From an uncultured Candidatus Binatia bacterium (GTDB lineage Bacteria; Desulfobacterota; Binatia; UBA9968; JAJDTQ01), in contig OZ243916.1 in NCBI GenBank assembly GCA_965213675.1, positions 1,824,001 to 1,888,000 of the forward strand: a stretch of 64,000 nt of DNA, given 5' to 3'. Shown one piece after another: positions 17,525 to 26,635 of the stretch. The translations under genes and the position numbers were made by a program. The notes beneath the pieces are model-generated. The model was not told the origin of the DNA and did not search any database. It saw nothing but the letters and a program-made list of their open reading frames with translations. Each line of letters opens with the position of its first letter. The first letter of the stretch is position 1.

Positions 17525-18616
17525 ATGGCAGTCATCGACGCCGACACCCACGTGGACGAGACCGAAGATACCTGGGCCTTCATGCCCGACGGTGACGAGG
17601 CGTTGCGGCCCACCACCGCCTATCCCAAGGGCCAGGACGCCAGCAACGCGAAGATGCGCTACTGGATGATCGACGGCAAGCGGCAAATCCGCTTCGTGCG
17701 CACCGACGAGGAAACCCACACCACCGAAGGGGCGCGCGAACTCACGGACGTGCGCCGGCGCATGGAAGACATGGACCGCATGGGCGTGGATTTCCAGGTG
17801 ATGTACCCCACCCTGTTCCTGGTGGAGTTCACCGAGAAACCGGAGGTCGAGCTGGCGCTCCGGCGCAGTTACAACCGCTGGATGGCCCAGCGCTGGGAAG
17901 ACTCCGGCGGGCGGCTCCGCTGGGTCCTGCTGCCGCCCGCCCGGAACATGGACGCGGCCCTGGACGAGATGCGCTTCGCCAAGGAACACGGCGCCTGTGG
18001 CGTGCTCAAGAAGGGCGACCGGGAGGCCGGGGTGTGGGCCAACGACCCCTATTTCTTCCCCATGTACGAAGAGGCGCAGAAGCTCGACATGCCCATCTGC
18101 TTCCACACGGGCTCGGGGGTGCCGGACTTCACCCCCGCGCGCGAGTTCACCTTCAGCCGCTTCTATCGCATCCTGCTGCCGGTGGTGCACGCGTTCCAGT
18201 CCCTCATCGTGCACGGCGTGCCGGAGCGCTTCCCCGAACTGCGCTTCGGCTTCATCGAGGCCACGGCATCGTGGGTGCCCTTCGTGCTCTACGAGATCCG
18301 CCGGCGGCTGGAGAAGAACAAGGAACGGCCCACCAGCGTGCTGCGCTCCACCATGGAGATCGAGGAGATGCCCGAAGACATCCTCAAGCGGAACCGCATG
18401 TATGTGTCGTTTCAGGTGGACGAGGATCTGGACTACCTGCTGCAACATACCGGCGCCGACAACCTGCTGGTGGGATCGGACTACACGCACAACGATTCCG
18501 CCCAGGAGATGGACTTCCTCGGCCTGCTCAAGCAACGCGCCGACAAGGGCGACCTGTCCCCTGAGGCGGTGACGAAGATCACCCAGGACAACCCGCGCGC
18601 CTTCTACGGCATCTGA
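17525..18616 (+). CDS. Amidohydrolase family protein (Amidohydro_2)
   Basis: DADTHVDE, MDRMGVDFQVMYPT, FFPMYEEA, GSDYTH, NPRAFYGI; GGAGG RBS. Confidence 0.9.
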   Translation: MAVIDADTHVDETEDTWAFMPDGDEALRPTTAYPKGQDASNAKMRYWMIDGKRQIRFVRTDEETHTTEGARELTDVRRRMEDMDRMGVDFQVMYPTLFLVEFTEKPEVELALRRSYNRWMAQRWEDSGGRLRWVLLPPARNMDAALDEMRFAKEHGACGVLKKGDREAGVWANDPYFFPMYEEAQKLDMPICFHTGSGVPDFTPAREFTFSRFYRILLPVVHAFQSLIVHGVPERFPELRFGFIEATASWVPFVLYEIRRRLEKNKERPTSVLRSTMEIEEMPEDILKRNRMYVSFQVDEDLDYLLQHTGADNLLVGSDYTHNDSAQEMDFLGLLKQRADKGDLSPEAVTKITQDNPRAFYGI

Positions 18617-18801
18617 CATCGGCTTCTTTCGCCGGCCGGAACGCCGGCGGCGGGCCGGTTGCAAGTCCGCCGATCCGACGGACTCGGACACCGCGCGGGC
18701 AAGGGACGGTGGACCGAGGAGATCATCGCCGTTTTCCATTCGAAGACGGCCGGCTCCCATTCGGATGACCGGCGCCGCCCGTTGGCGCCAGGAGTAGACG
18801 C

Positions 18802-19935
18802 ATGAAGGAATCCCCGGACAAGCCGCTGGCCAGCGACGAAATGGAGAAGCGCCTCTTCCCCGGACCGGGACTCCCGGGCGGCGGCCAGCTCGACGTGCGC
18901 GTGGAGGTGTCGCCGTTGCACCCGGACCCCGACGTGCGGGAGGTGGCGCGGTGCTACCGGCCCTTCAACATCGACAGTTGGCACACCGAGTGGACGCGCA
19001 TGGCCCAGAAGAACGAAGCCCTGGCCGCGGCGTTCGAGGACGAAGGACGCCGCGTCACCGCCCACGATTTCTACCGGCGGGCAGCCGAGTTCCACCGGCG
19101 CGCGCTGGTGTACATGCCTGAAGCCGACCCGCGCATGATGCAGAGCCATTTCAAGCTCAAGGAGACCTTCGACAAGGCCTGGACTCTGGTGACGCCGCCC
19201 TTCGAGCGGGTGCGGATTCCCTACGAGGGGCACCTGCTGGATGCGCTGTTCTATCCGGCTCGGGGCAAGACCGGGACACGGTTTCCGGTGGTGTACAACT
19301 ACGGCGGCGCCGACGGCATCCTGCTGCGCGGACTGGAAGGCGATGCCGTTCAGTACGTGCGCCGGGGCATGTCCTTCATCGACGTCGACGGGCCGGGCCA
19401 CGGCGCCACCCTGCGGGAGAAGCGGCTTTACGCGCCGCCCGACTCGGAACGCGTGGCCAAGGCCGTCATCGACTACCTGGCGGCGCGCCCGGACGTGGAC
19501 CCCGACCGCATCGGCCTCCATGGCTCCAGCATGGGCGGGTACTCCGGACCCCGTTGCGCCACCGAGGAAAAGCGCATCCGGGCCGTGGCCGTGTGGAGCG
19601 GCGCCTACAATCTCGTGGACGACATCTTCGACTTCTACCCGCCCATCCAGGAGCGCCTGCGCTGGCTCATGGGGGCGAAAGACCTGGCCGACGCCCGCGA
19701 GCGCATCCGGGAATTCACGCTCGTGGGAAGGGCGCACAAAATCGAGTGCCCATTGCTGGTCGGCTATAATCACGACGACCGGGTCATGGACCCGCGCGGC
19801 GCCGTGCGGCTGTACGAGAACGCCGTCAACGCGCCGCGGGAGCTGCTGGACGGTGTCGGCCACGGCGAGAAGCGCTTCGACCGACGCACTTTCATCGTGG
19901 ACTGGTTCGCCAGGCAGTTGCGGGCGGAAAGCTGA
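18802..19935 (+). CDS. Alpha/beta hydrolase (2,6-dihydroxypseudooxynicotine hydrolase / FrsA-like)
   Basis: ERVRIPYEG, GGADG, DGPGHG, GSSMGGY nucleophile elbow, DDRV, GVGH. Confidence 0.85.
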   Translation: MKESPDKPLASDEMEKRLFPGPGLPGGGQLDVRVEVSPLHPDPDVREVARCYRPFNIDSWHTEWTRMAQKNEALAAAFEDEGRRVTAHDFYRRAAEFHRRALVYMPEADPRMMQSHFKLKETFDKAWTLVTPPFERVRIPYEGHLLDALFYPARGKTGTRFPVVYNYGGADGILLRGLEGDAVQYVRRGMSFIDVDGPGHGATLREKRLYAPPDSERVAKAVIDYLAARPDVDPDRIGLHGSSMGGYSGPRCATEEKRIRAVAVWSGAYNLVDDIFDFYPPIQERLRWLMGAKDLADARERIREFTLVGRAHKIECPLLVGYNHDDRVMDPRGAVRLYENAVNAPRELLDGVGHGEKRFDRRTFIVDWFARQLRAES

Positions 19936-20035
19936 CCCGGCGGCGAACACCCCTTGGTGCCCGCTTCCCCGGTTGTGCCGTGACTCACGGGGAAGGAACC
20001 CGGCGAAGCGCCATTGCCGCGGGCGCAGGAAGCGA

Positions 20036-20075
20036 CGTCCTTCGGCTTCGCTCCGCGAAGCGAAGTCGAAGGACG
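20036..20075. repeat. Strong intergenic hairpin (REP-like)
   Basis: CGTCCTTCGGCTTCGCT-N6-AGCGAAGTCGAAGGACG, 17-bp stem with one G-U pair. Confidence 0.65.
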
Positions 20076-20104
20076 CCATTGCATGACGCTGATTGGAGGA
20101 AAAC

Positions 20105-21136
20105 ATGCTGGCCATCGACGCCGACGCGCACGTGATCGAGACGGAGCACACCTGGGACTACCTGGAGGGACGGGACAAACGCTTCCGCCCGGTGCCTGTA
20201 AGCGTGGACAGCCCCGAGGGCGGCACGCGCAACTTCTGGGTCATCAACGGCAAGCTCATCGGCGGGCGCGACAACATCGGCCTGGACACGCCCAAGGAAT
20301 CCCGCGACATGGCCGACATCGACGCGCGCCTGAAGCACATGGACGAGATCGGCACGGACGTACAGGTGCTTTACCCGACCCTCTTCCTGCGCCCGGTCAC
20401 CGACCGCGCCGACGTGGAACTGGCGTTGTGCCGTTCCTACAACCGGTGGCTGGCGGACATCTGGGCCGCCGGCAAGGGGCGGCTCCGCTGGGCCGCGCAA
20501 CTGCCGCTGCTGAGCATGGACGAGGCCCTGGAGGAACTGCGCTGGGCCAGGGAGCACGGCGCCTGCGCCGTGTTCATGCGCGGCCTGGAAACCCACCATC
20601 CGCTGCACCACCCGCATTTCTTTCCGCTGTACGCGGAGGCCGCCCGCCTCGACGTGCCCATCGGCATCCACTCGGGCATCGGCAACGCCGCGGTGTCGGA
20701 GGCCTTCGGCAACGACCCGTTCCGCACCGCCAAGCTCACGGTCATCGGCGCGGTCCACGCCCTGGTCATGCGCGGCATTCCCCAACGGTTCCCGGGTCTG
20801 CGCATCGGCGCCATCGAGGTGGCCGCCCAATGGGTGCCGCACGTGGTCCGGGACATCACACTGCGCAACCGCAAGCGCGGCGTGGAGCCGGAAGAGGAAC
20901 TGCTGCGCGCCAACCAGGTCTACGTGGCGTGCCAGACGGACGACGACCTGCCCTACGTACTTCAGCACGCGGGCGAGGACATGATCATGATCGGCTCCGA
21001 CTACGGCCACGCCGACAACGCCAGCGAATTGCTGGCCCTCAGGGGCCTGCGTGAGAAGGGCGAGGTGCCGCCCCACGTCATCGACAAGATCCTGAACGAG
21101 AACCCCACGCGATTCTACGGCCTGGCGGACGCCTGA
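20105..21136 (+). CDS. Amidohydrolase family protein (Amidohydro_2)
   Basis: DADAHVIE, RLKHMDEIGTDVQVLYPT, GSDYGH, NPTRFYGL; GGAGG RBS. Confidence 0.9.
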   Translation: MLAIDADAHVIETEHTWDYLEGRDKRFRPVPVSVDSPEGGTRNFWVINGKLIGGRDNIGLDTPKESRDMADIDARLKHMDEIGTDVQVLYPTLFLRPVTDRADVELALCRSYNRWLADIWAAGKGRLRWAAQLPLLSMDEALEELRWAREHGACAVFMRGLETHHPLHHPHFFPLYAEAARLDVPIGIHSGIGNAAVSEAFGNDPFRTAKLTVIGAVHALVMRGIPQRFPGLRIGAIEVAAQWVPHVVRDITLRNRKRGVEPEEELLRANQVYVACQTDDDLPYVLQHAGEDMIMIGSDYGHADNASELLALRGLREKGEVPPHVIDKILNENPTRFYGLADA

Positions 21137-21229
21137 CTTGCCGCATGGGAGCGGACATGACAACGACGGACGGCAAGGCGGGACTGCCATCGGGCGTGGG
21201 AAGGCAGCCACGTTGAAGGGAGCCTCGCG

Positions 21230-22351
21230 ATGAGCGACGCATTCGACCTGCTTCTGGTCAACGGCACCGTCATCAACCCGGCCGCGGGCACGCGCCAGGA
21301 ACTGGACCTGGGCATCGCGGACGGCCGCATCGCCGCCATGGGGGAGAAGCTCCCTCGGGAGGGCGCCGGCCGGGTCGTCGACGTGGGCGGCTGCTTCGTG
21401 ACCCCGGGCCTCATCGACTTCCACGTGCACAGCTACTGGGGCGTCAACCCCTACGGCGCCGATCTCGACGCGGTGTGCGGCGCCACGGGCGTCACCACCA
21501 CCGCGGACGCAGGGTCGGCCGGACCCGTGAACTTCACGGGATTCCGGCACTTGGTATACCAGCGGGCGCGCACCCGCATGCTCGCCTTCGTCGCGGTGGC
21601 GCAGCACGGAGTGCTCAACGCCCCCGGCGAGCTCGAGAACCTCGGTTTCGCCGACCCGGAGAACGCCGCCCGAACCGTGCGGGAGAATCGCGACGTGGCG
21701 GTGGGCATCAAGATCCGGCTGCACGTCAAGTCCGTGGGACAGAACGGCCGGGAGGCGCTGCGCATGGCGGTGGAGGCCGGCAAAGCCTCCGGCTCGCCGG
21801 TGATGGTACACGTGGGCGACACCGGCATTCCCATGGAGGAAATCGTCGAAACGCTGCGACCGGGCGACATCGTCACCCACTGCTACACGCCCAAGCAGCC
21901 GGCCATCGTCGATCCGGACGGCCGCCTGCGTCCGGCGGTGCTGGAGGCGCAGCGGCGCGGCGTCCTTTTCGACGTGGCCCACGCCAACGGGCACTTCGAC
22001 TTCGACCTGGTGGCCCGGGCCATGGATCAGGGGCTCCGTCCGGACATCATCAGCACCGATCTCCACCGAATGAGCGGCGCCAGCCCCGTGGTGGACCTTC
22101 CCACCACCCTGACCAAGTTCCTGATGCTGGGATTGGAGTTGGAAGAGATTATCGCCGACTGCACCGTCAACGCCGCCCGCGCCATCGGCTGGGACGACCG
22201 CATCGGCGTGCTCGAAACAGGCCGCGAAGCCGACGTGGCGGTGCTGGAGGTGGTGGATGAGGAAGCCTTGCTGGAGGACAGCGTCGGCAACCGCCGCACC
22301 CACGGTCAACGCATCGTCGCCCGCCACACCATCCGCGCCGGGGCGTTGTAA
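21230..22351 (+). CDS. Amidohydrolase/deacetylase, dihydroorotase-like family
   Basis: PGLIDFHVH, GVTTTADAGSAG, GIKIR (carboxylated Lys candidate), VMVH, GDIVTHCY, DIISTDLH. Confidence 0.85.
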   Translation: MSDAFDLLLVNGTVINPAAGTRQELDLGIADGRIAAMGEKLPREGAGRVVDVGGCFVTPGLIDFHVHSYWGVNPYGADLDAVCGATGVTTTADAGSAGPVNFTGFRHLVYQRARTRMLAFVAVAQHGVLNAPGELENLGFADPENAARTVRENRDVAVGIKIRLHVKSVGQNGREALRMAVEAGKASGSPVMVHVGDTGIPMEEIVETLRPGDIVTHCYTPKQPAIVDPDGRLRPAVLEAQRRGVLFDVAHANGHFDFDLVARAMDQGLRPDIISTDLHRMSGASPVVDLPTTLTKFLMLGLELEEIIADCTVNAARAIGWDDRIGVLETGREADVAVLEVVDEEALLEDSVGNRRTHGQRIVARHTIRAGAL

Positions 22352-22394
22352 CACTGACCTCGGAGCTTGCTGACGTGCTCCTGGAGCCTGAACC

Positions 22395-24818
22395 ATGAAC
22401 GAGTGGATTTACCGCCATGACGGCTATGACCCGGCCAAACAAGGCTTGCGCGAGGCTCTGTGCACCTTGGGCAACGGCCGCTTCGCCACCCGCGGCGCCG
22501 CGGAGGAGGCCACGGCCGGTGAAGTGCACTATCCCGGAACCTACCTGGCCGGGTGCTACAACCGCCTGGAGACCACCGTCGGCGACCGCGTGGTGGTCAA
22601 CGAAGACCTTGTCAACCTGCCCAACTGGCTCTGCCTGAGCTTCCGCCTGGAAGACGGCCCGTGGTTCGACCTCGCCGCGGTGGAGATCCTCGCCTACCAG
22701 CAGGAGATCGACCTTCGGAACGGACTGCTCACGCGCCGCATCCGCTTTCGCGACCCGGAAGGCCGCACCAGCTTCATCCGCAGCCGCCGGCTCGTGCACA
22801 TGCGGCAGCCGCACCTGGCGGTGCTACGCTGGACACTGCTGGCGGAAGACTGGGCCGGCAACGTGACCATGAGATCGACCCTGGACGGGGCGGTCGTCAA
22901 TGCCGGCGTCCCGCGCTACCGCCAGCTCAACTCCAGGCATCTGGAAACCCTCGACAAGGGACGGGTCGGAGACGACGGCATTTACCTGGTGGTCCAGACC
23001 AACCAGTCGCGCATGCGTCTGGCGCTGGCGGCGCGCACGCGCCTTTTCCGCGACGATGAGCACGAAGCCGTCGAAGCGCGCATCCTGGAGGAACCGGAAG
23101 CCGTCACCCAGGAATTCACCGTTGCCGTGGGCAGGAAGCACGTGGTCACCGTGGAGAAGAGCGTGGCCCTCTATTCGTCGCGCGACCGGGCCATTGCCGA
23201 ATGCGGCCATGCCGCGCGCATGGCGGTGTCCGCGTCAGGCCGCTTCGTGGAGGCGTTCGAGGCACACGCGCGCGCGTGGCATTCCCTGTGGCGCCGCTGC
23301 GACGTGGAGTTACCGTCACGGCCGGAGGAAGAAAAGATCCTGCGCCTGCATGCCTTCCACATGCTGCAGGCGGCGTCCCCCAACACCGTGGGGATCGACG
23401 CCGGCGTGGGCGCCCGCGGCCTCCACGGCGAAGCCTACCGCGGCCACGTCTTCTGGGACGAGCTGTACATCCTGCCCTTCTACATTGCACGGCTTCCCGA
23501 GATCGCGCGGGCGCTGCTCCTGTACCGCTACCACCGGCTTGACGCGGCGCGCCGGGCCGCCCGCGAAGAGGAAGGCTGCGCCGGCGCCATGTATCCGTGG
23601 CAGAGCGGCAGCGACGGCAGCGAGGAGACCCAGAAACTGCACCTCAATCCCAACTCCGGCCGCTGGATCGAGGACAACAGCCACCGGCAACGCCACGTGA
23701 ACATCGCCATCGTCTACAACTTCTGGCGTTACTACAAGACCACCGGCGACCGTGGTTTCCTGTCGCGTTACGGCGCCGAGACGATCCTGGAGATCGCGCG
23801 CTTCTGGGCCAGCCTGGCGCGGCGCAACGAGGACACCGGGCGCTACGAAATCCATGGCGTCATGGGGCCCGACGAATACCACGACATGTACCCCGGCGCC
23901 GGCACCGGCGGCCTGCGCAACAATGCCTACACCAACGTGATGGTGGTCTGGGTGCTGGAACGCGCCATGGAGACGCTGGACCTGTTGGGCGCGGGGCGAC
24001 GGGCCGAGCTGGCCGAAGAGATTCGCCTCATGCCCGACGAGGAAGAGCGGTGGCGCGAGATCACCCGCAAAATGACCGTGCCTTTCCACGGCGACGGGAT
24101 CATCAGTCAGTTCGAGGGCTACGACGCGCTGCGGGAATTCGACTGGGACGGCTACCGGAAGAAGTACGGCAACATCGAGCGGCTGGACCGCATCCTCGAG
24201 GCGGAGGGCGACACCCCCAACCCCTACAAGGCGTCGAAGCAGGCGGACGTGCTCATGCTGTTCTACCTGCTGCGCGCCGGCGAAGTGCAGGCTCTGTTCG
24301 TCCAGCTCGGTTACGACCTGGACGACGACGCCATCCGCAGGACCGTGGACTACTACAGCGCGCGCACCTCCCACGGCTCGACCCTGAGCCGGGTGGTCCA
24401 CGCCGCCGTATCCGCGCGCACCGACCCGGCCCTGTCCTGGCGCTACTTCACCGAGGCCTTGCAGAGCGACGTCGCCGACATCCAGGGCGGCACCACCCCC
24501 GAGGGCATCCACATGGGCGCCATGGGCGGCCTCGACGACGTCCTGCTGCGGCACTACGCCGGCATCGACACCCTGGGCGAGACCCTGAGCCTCGACCCCT
24601 GCCTGCCCGACGAACTGCCCGCCCTGCGCCTGGCCATCGTCTATCGCGGCCGGCGGGTGGCGCTGGACCTCACGCACGAACGTGTGCGAGTATCGCTGGA
24701 GGACGGCTCCCCGGCGCCGCTGGAAGTGGTCGTGCAGGGGACGCGCCACAGGCTGGACACCGGGGAGAGCGAGATCGCGCTGATCGCGCACGCTCCCGGG
24801 TTCACGCCTGGTACTTGA
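22395..24818 (+). CDS. Glycoside hydrolase family 65 (trehalose/maltose/kojibiose phosphorylase-like)
   Basis: REALCTLGNG, ARGLHGEAYRGHVFWDE, MGPDEYH, KQADVLML, RTSHGSTLS, EGIHMGAM. Confidence 0.93.
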   Translation: MNEWIYRHDGYDPAKQGLREALCTLGNGRFATRGAAEEATAGEVHYPGTYLAGCYNRLETTVGDRVVVNEDLVNLPNWLCLSFRLEDGPWFDLAAVEILAYQQEIDLRNGLLTRRIRFRDPEGRTSFIRSRRLVHMRQPHLAVLRWTLLAEDWAGNVTMRSTLDGAVVNAGVPRYRQLNSRHLETLDKGRVGDDGIYLVVQTNQSRMRLALAARTRLFRDDEHEAVEARILEEPEAVTQEFTVAVGRKHVVTVEKSVALYSSRDRAIAECGHAARMAVSASGRFVEAFEAHARAWHSLWRRCDVELPSRPEEEKILRLHAFHMLQAASPNTVGIDAGVGARGLHGEAYRGHVFWDELYILPFYIARLPEIARALLLYRYHRLDAARRAAREEEGCAGAMYPWQSGSDGSEETQKLHLNPNSGRWIEDNSHRQRHVNIAIVYNFWRYYKTTGDRGFLSRYGAETILEIARFWASLARRNEDTGRYEIHGVMGPDEYHDMYPGAGTGGLRNNAYTNVMVVWVLERAMETLDLLGAGRRAELAEEIRLMPDEEERWREITRKMTVPFHGDGIISQFEGYDALREFDWDGYRKKYGNIERLDRILEAEGDTPNPYKASKQADVLMLFYLLRAGEVQALFVQLGYDLDDDAIRRTVDYYSARTSHGSTLSRVVHAAVSARTDPALSWRYFTEALQSDVADIQGGTTPEGIHMGAMGGLDDVLLRHYAGIDTLGETLSLDPCLPDELPALRLAIVYRGRRVALDLTHERVRVSLEDGSPAPLEVVVQGTRHRLDTGESEIALIAHAPGFTPGT

Positions 24819-26445
24819 CCTCGCCGCCCACCACCGTCATCGCCACCTGGATGTCCTTGATGCGTTCCCCTGCCACCTCGAAGGGGTCCTCCGCCAACAC
24901 CGCCATGTCCGCCAGCTTGCCCACCTCCAGGGTGCCCTTGAGGTCCTCCTCGAAGCCGGCGAAGGAGGCATGGATGGTGTGGAGGTCGAAGGCGTCCTGA
25001 ACGCTCAGGGCTTCCTCCGGCGCCAGCGTCTCGCCCCACCGCATCTGGCGTGAGACGTAGGCGCCGATGTCGCGCAGCGGGTCCACCGGCCAGTACCCCG
25101 GGGCGTCCGAGCCGCCGGCCATCCTCACGCCCGCCTCCAGCAGCGTCTTGAGCGGGAACGCCCGCTCCAGGCGCTTGGCGCCGATGGCGGCGCGGATGGA
25201 ATCGCCGACGAAGTAACCCAGGGAGATGTTGGGAATGGCCATGACGCCCATGCGCACGAGGCGCGCAATGCGCTCGCGCGACATCAGCCAGTTGCCCATG
25301 TGCTCGATGCGGTGGCGGTGGTCTTCCCGCGGCAATGCGGCCAGCGCCTTCTCGTAGGCCTCCAGCGACATGTCGAAGGCGCGGTCGCCGATGGCGTGAA
25401 CGCAGCAGCGCAGGCCGGCGCGGTGGCAGCGCAGCACGGTCTCGTCCAACTCGTCCTGCTGGATGCGGATGAGTCCGCTGTAACCCGGCGTGTCGAGGTA
25501 GGGTTCGTAGAACAGCGCGTTACGGCCGGTGATGCCGCCGTCGATGCTCATCTTCGCGCCGCCCACCCGCAGCCACTCGTCGCCGAAGCCCGTCTGGAGG
25601 CCGGTCTCCAGCACGCTGTCCGTGCTCATCTCGGACTCGATGACGCGCAGCAGGAGGCTGGATCGCATATGCAGGCCGCCCTCGGCCCTGAGCTCCTGGT
25701 AGGCGCGCACCGCGGACGGGTCCTTGACGATGTCGTGGATGGTGGTCACGCCCCGTTCGAGGGCCTGTTGCACGGCGAAGGCAATGCCCAGCTTGCGCGC
25801 CGTGGCGTCGAAGTCCGGGATCACGCCCGTCACGATGTGCTGGGCGCGCTCGTGCAGAATGCCTGTGGGCTCTCCGGTGCTGGAGTCCCGCTCGATGGCG
25901 CCGCCGGCCGGGTCCGGCGTATCCCCGTCGATGCCGGCGAGGGTCAGGCCCCTTGAATTGGCCACGGTGACGTGTGCGCCGAAGGAGACCGACGTCGGGT
26001 GCTCGGGGACAGCGGCGTCGAGGTCGATGCGGTCCGGGAAGCGCTTGTCCTTCATGCGGAAGTCCTGCATCGGGCTTCCCTGGGCTACCACCCAGTCGCC
26101 CGCCGGCGTCTCCGCGGCCTTCTTGGACAGGCGCGTGAGGACGGTGTCGATGTTGTTCACCGGTCCGTAGAAATCGCGCACATCCACCAACTGCATGTCC
26201 GCCAGCCCCTTGTCCGCCAGGTGCACGTGGGCGTCGGTCAGCCCCGGGATGACGGTCAGGCCCTTCCAGTCCACCTCCCGGGTCCCGGCGCCGCCCAGCC
26301 GCCGCACTTCGTCGGCGGCGCCCACAGCGACGATGCGCCCACCGGAACAGGCCACCGCCTCGGCGATGGGCGCTCCGGGCGCGAACGTGCGCACCTTGCC
26401 GTTGAAGAAAACCGTGTCGGGATAGGGCAAGCGAGTACCAGCCAT
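24802..26445 (-). CDS. Amidohydrolase 3 family (YtcJ-like) metallohydrolase
   Basis: PGLTDAHVH, GEPTGILHE, VHAIGDRA, HRIEH, GSDAP, GKLADMAVL; GGAGG RBS. Confidence 0.9.
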   Translation of the reverse strand: MAGTRLPYPDTVFFNGKVRTFAPGAPIAEAVACSGGRIVAVGAADEVRRLGGAGTREVDWKGLTVIPGLTDAHVHLADKGLADMQLVDVRDFYGPVNNIDTVLTRLSKKAAETPAGDWVVAQGSPMQDFRMKDKRFPDRIDLDAAVPEHPTSVSFGAHVTVANSRGLTLAGIDGDTPDPAGGAIERDSSTGEPTGILHERAQHIVTGVIPDFDATARKLGIAFAVQQALERGVTTIHDIVKDPSAVRAYQELRAEGGLHMRSSLLLRVIESEMSTDSVLETGLQTGFGDEWLRVGGAKMSIDGGITGRNALFYEPYLDTPGYSGLIRIQQDELDETVLRCHRAGLRCCVHAIGDRAFDMSLEAYEKALAALPREDHRHRIEHMGNWLMSRERIARLVRMGVMAIPNISLGYFVGDSIRAAIGAKRLERAFPLKTLLEAGVRMAGGSDAPGYWPVDPLRDIGAYVSRQMRWGETLAPEEALSVQDAFDLHTIHASFAGFEEDLKGTLEVGKLADMAVLAEDPFEVAGERIKDIQVAMTVVGGEVKYQA

Positions 26446-26635
26446 TGACATCCTCCAGGGTCGATACCGGGACGCCGGTTGTCCACGGTGCAGGTGGTAC
26501 GAATATAGCCGCGCCGCGGCAACGTCAATCCAGAACGTACCGCCGTTCCCGTCCAGGGTTGACTTCCGACACGACAATTTCATATGTATCGCCGGGTACG
26601 GACAGCATTCTGGATTCCAAAAGGGGGACGGTTTG

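Noticed and set aside
21230-22351. pyrC dihydroorotase
   Set aside because: No pyr context; motifs fit the dihydroorotase-like deacetylase subfamily
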